A stretch of 64,000 nt of DNA, from the sequence record NC_048047.1; one strand, 5' to 3'. Position 1 is the first letter of the stretch. Each line of letters begins with the position of its first letter. Under the pieces are notes generated by a model. The model worked only from the letters and a program-made list of their open reading frames with translations. It did not search any database and was not told where the DNA came from. Shown in pieces: positions 63,860-64,000 of this stretch. The position numbers and the translations under genes are program-made.

Positions 63860-64000
63860 ATGAAGGTCACGGCGCACTATGGCAACGGGCTCTCGCGGGT
63901 CATCCCCTGCGAGACGCGAGAGGCCGCCCTGGACGCGATCAAGGCCGCGTTGCGCTATGATCGCTCGGCGACCTTCACGGTTGACAAGCGGATCACCCAA
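63860..64000 (+). CDS. hypothetical protein, truncated by window end
   Basis: MKVTAHYGNGLSRVIPCETREAALDAI... Confidence 0.55.
   Translation, partial: MKVTAHYGNGLSRVIPCETREAALDAIKAALRYDRSATFTVDKRITQ

Noticed and set aside
44600-64000. CRISPR or classical integron attC array
   Set aside because: Units are hundreds to thousands of bp with their own promoters. The palindromes lack the attC RYYYAAC/GTTRRRY long-stem layout, and no cas or intI gene is in the window.
1-64000. Alternative genetic code or stop-codon recoding
   Set aside because: Genes end cleanly at TGA, TAA and TAG with tight coupling under the standard code; only one in-frame TAG-GTG junction was seen.

Overview
The window is a 64-kb segment of a GC-rich large dsDNA phage genome. 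It is most likely a phiCbK-like siphophage (Dolichocephalovirinae) of Caulobacter or a related Caulobacterales host; this is inferred from the terminase architecture, a capsid-like paralog, Caulobacter-style sigma70 promoters and TTAA-N7-TTAA boxes. It has five parts. (1) 1-32.8 kb is a dense, almost entirely plus-strand accessory region of small genes, including Lar-like, NadE-like, ABC-ATPase, HNH-RNA ligase, MazG-like, Rmf-like, a divergent major-capsid paralog and four Tat-signal proteins. (2) 32.8-33.7 kb is an AT-rich, repeat-containing origin-like gap next to two putative winged-helix genes. (3) 34.4-42.2 kb holds a run of 15 tiny membrane-protein genes, a RuvC-like resolvase, terS and an intein-split terL. 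(4) 42.9-44.4 kb contains four stacked short-repeat arrays and looks like a genome-end or packaging locus. (5) 44.6-64 kb is a modular array of about 23 promoter-gene(s)-terminator cassettes. These share one promoter family carrying a near-invariant GCAT-N9-ATGC dyad, and many junctions carry a GTTAACCTTAA-N7-TTAAGGTTAAC palindrome, which may be a CtrA-type box or a recombinase-core-like site. The cargo includes an ArdA-like DNA mimic, an acidic protein ending in an SSB-tail motif, a 20-aa peptide present twice with only synonymous differences, and a candidate small RNA. All family assignments come from motif recognition by eye; no database search was run. Start codons were adjusted by hand using RBS and gene-overlap evidence.
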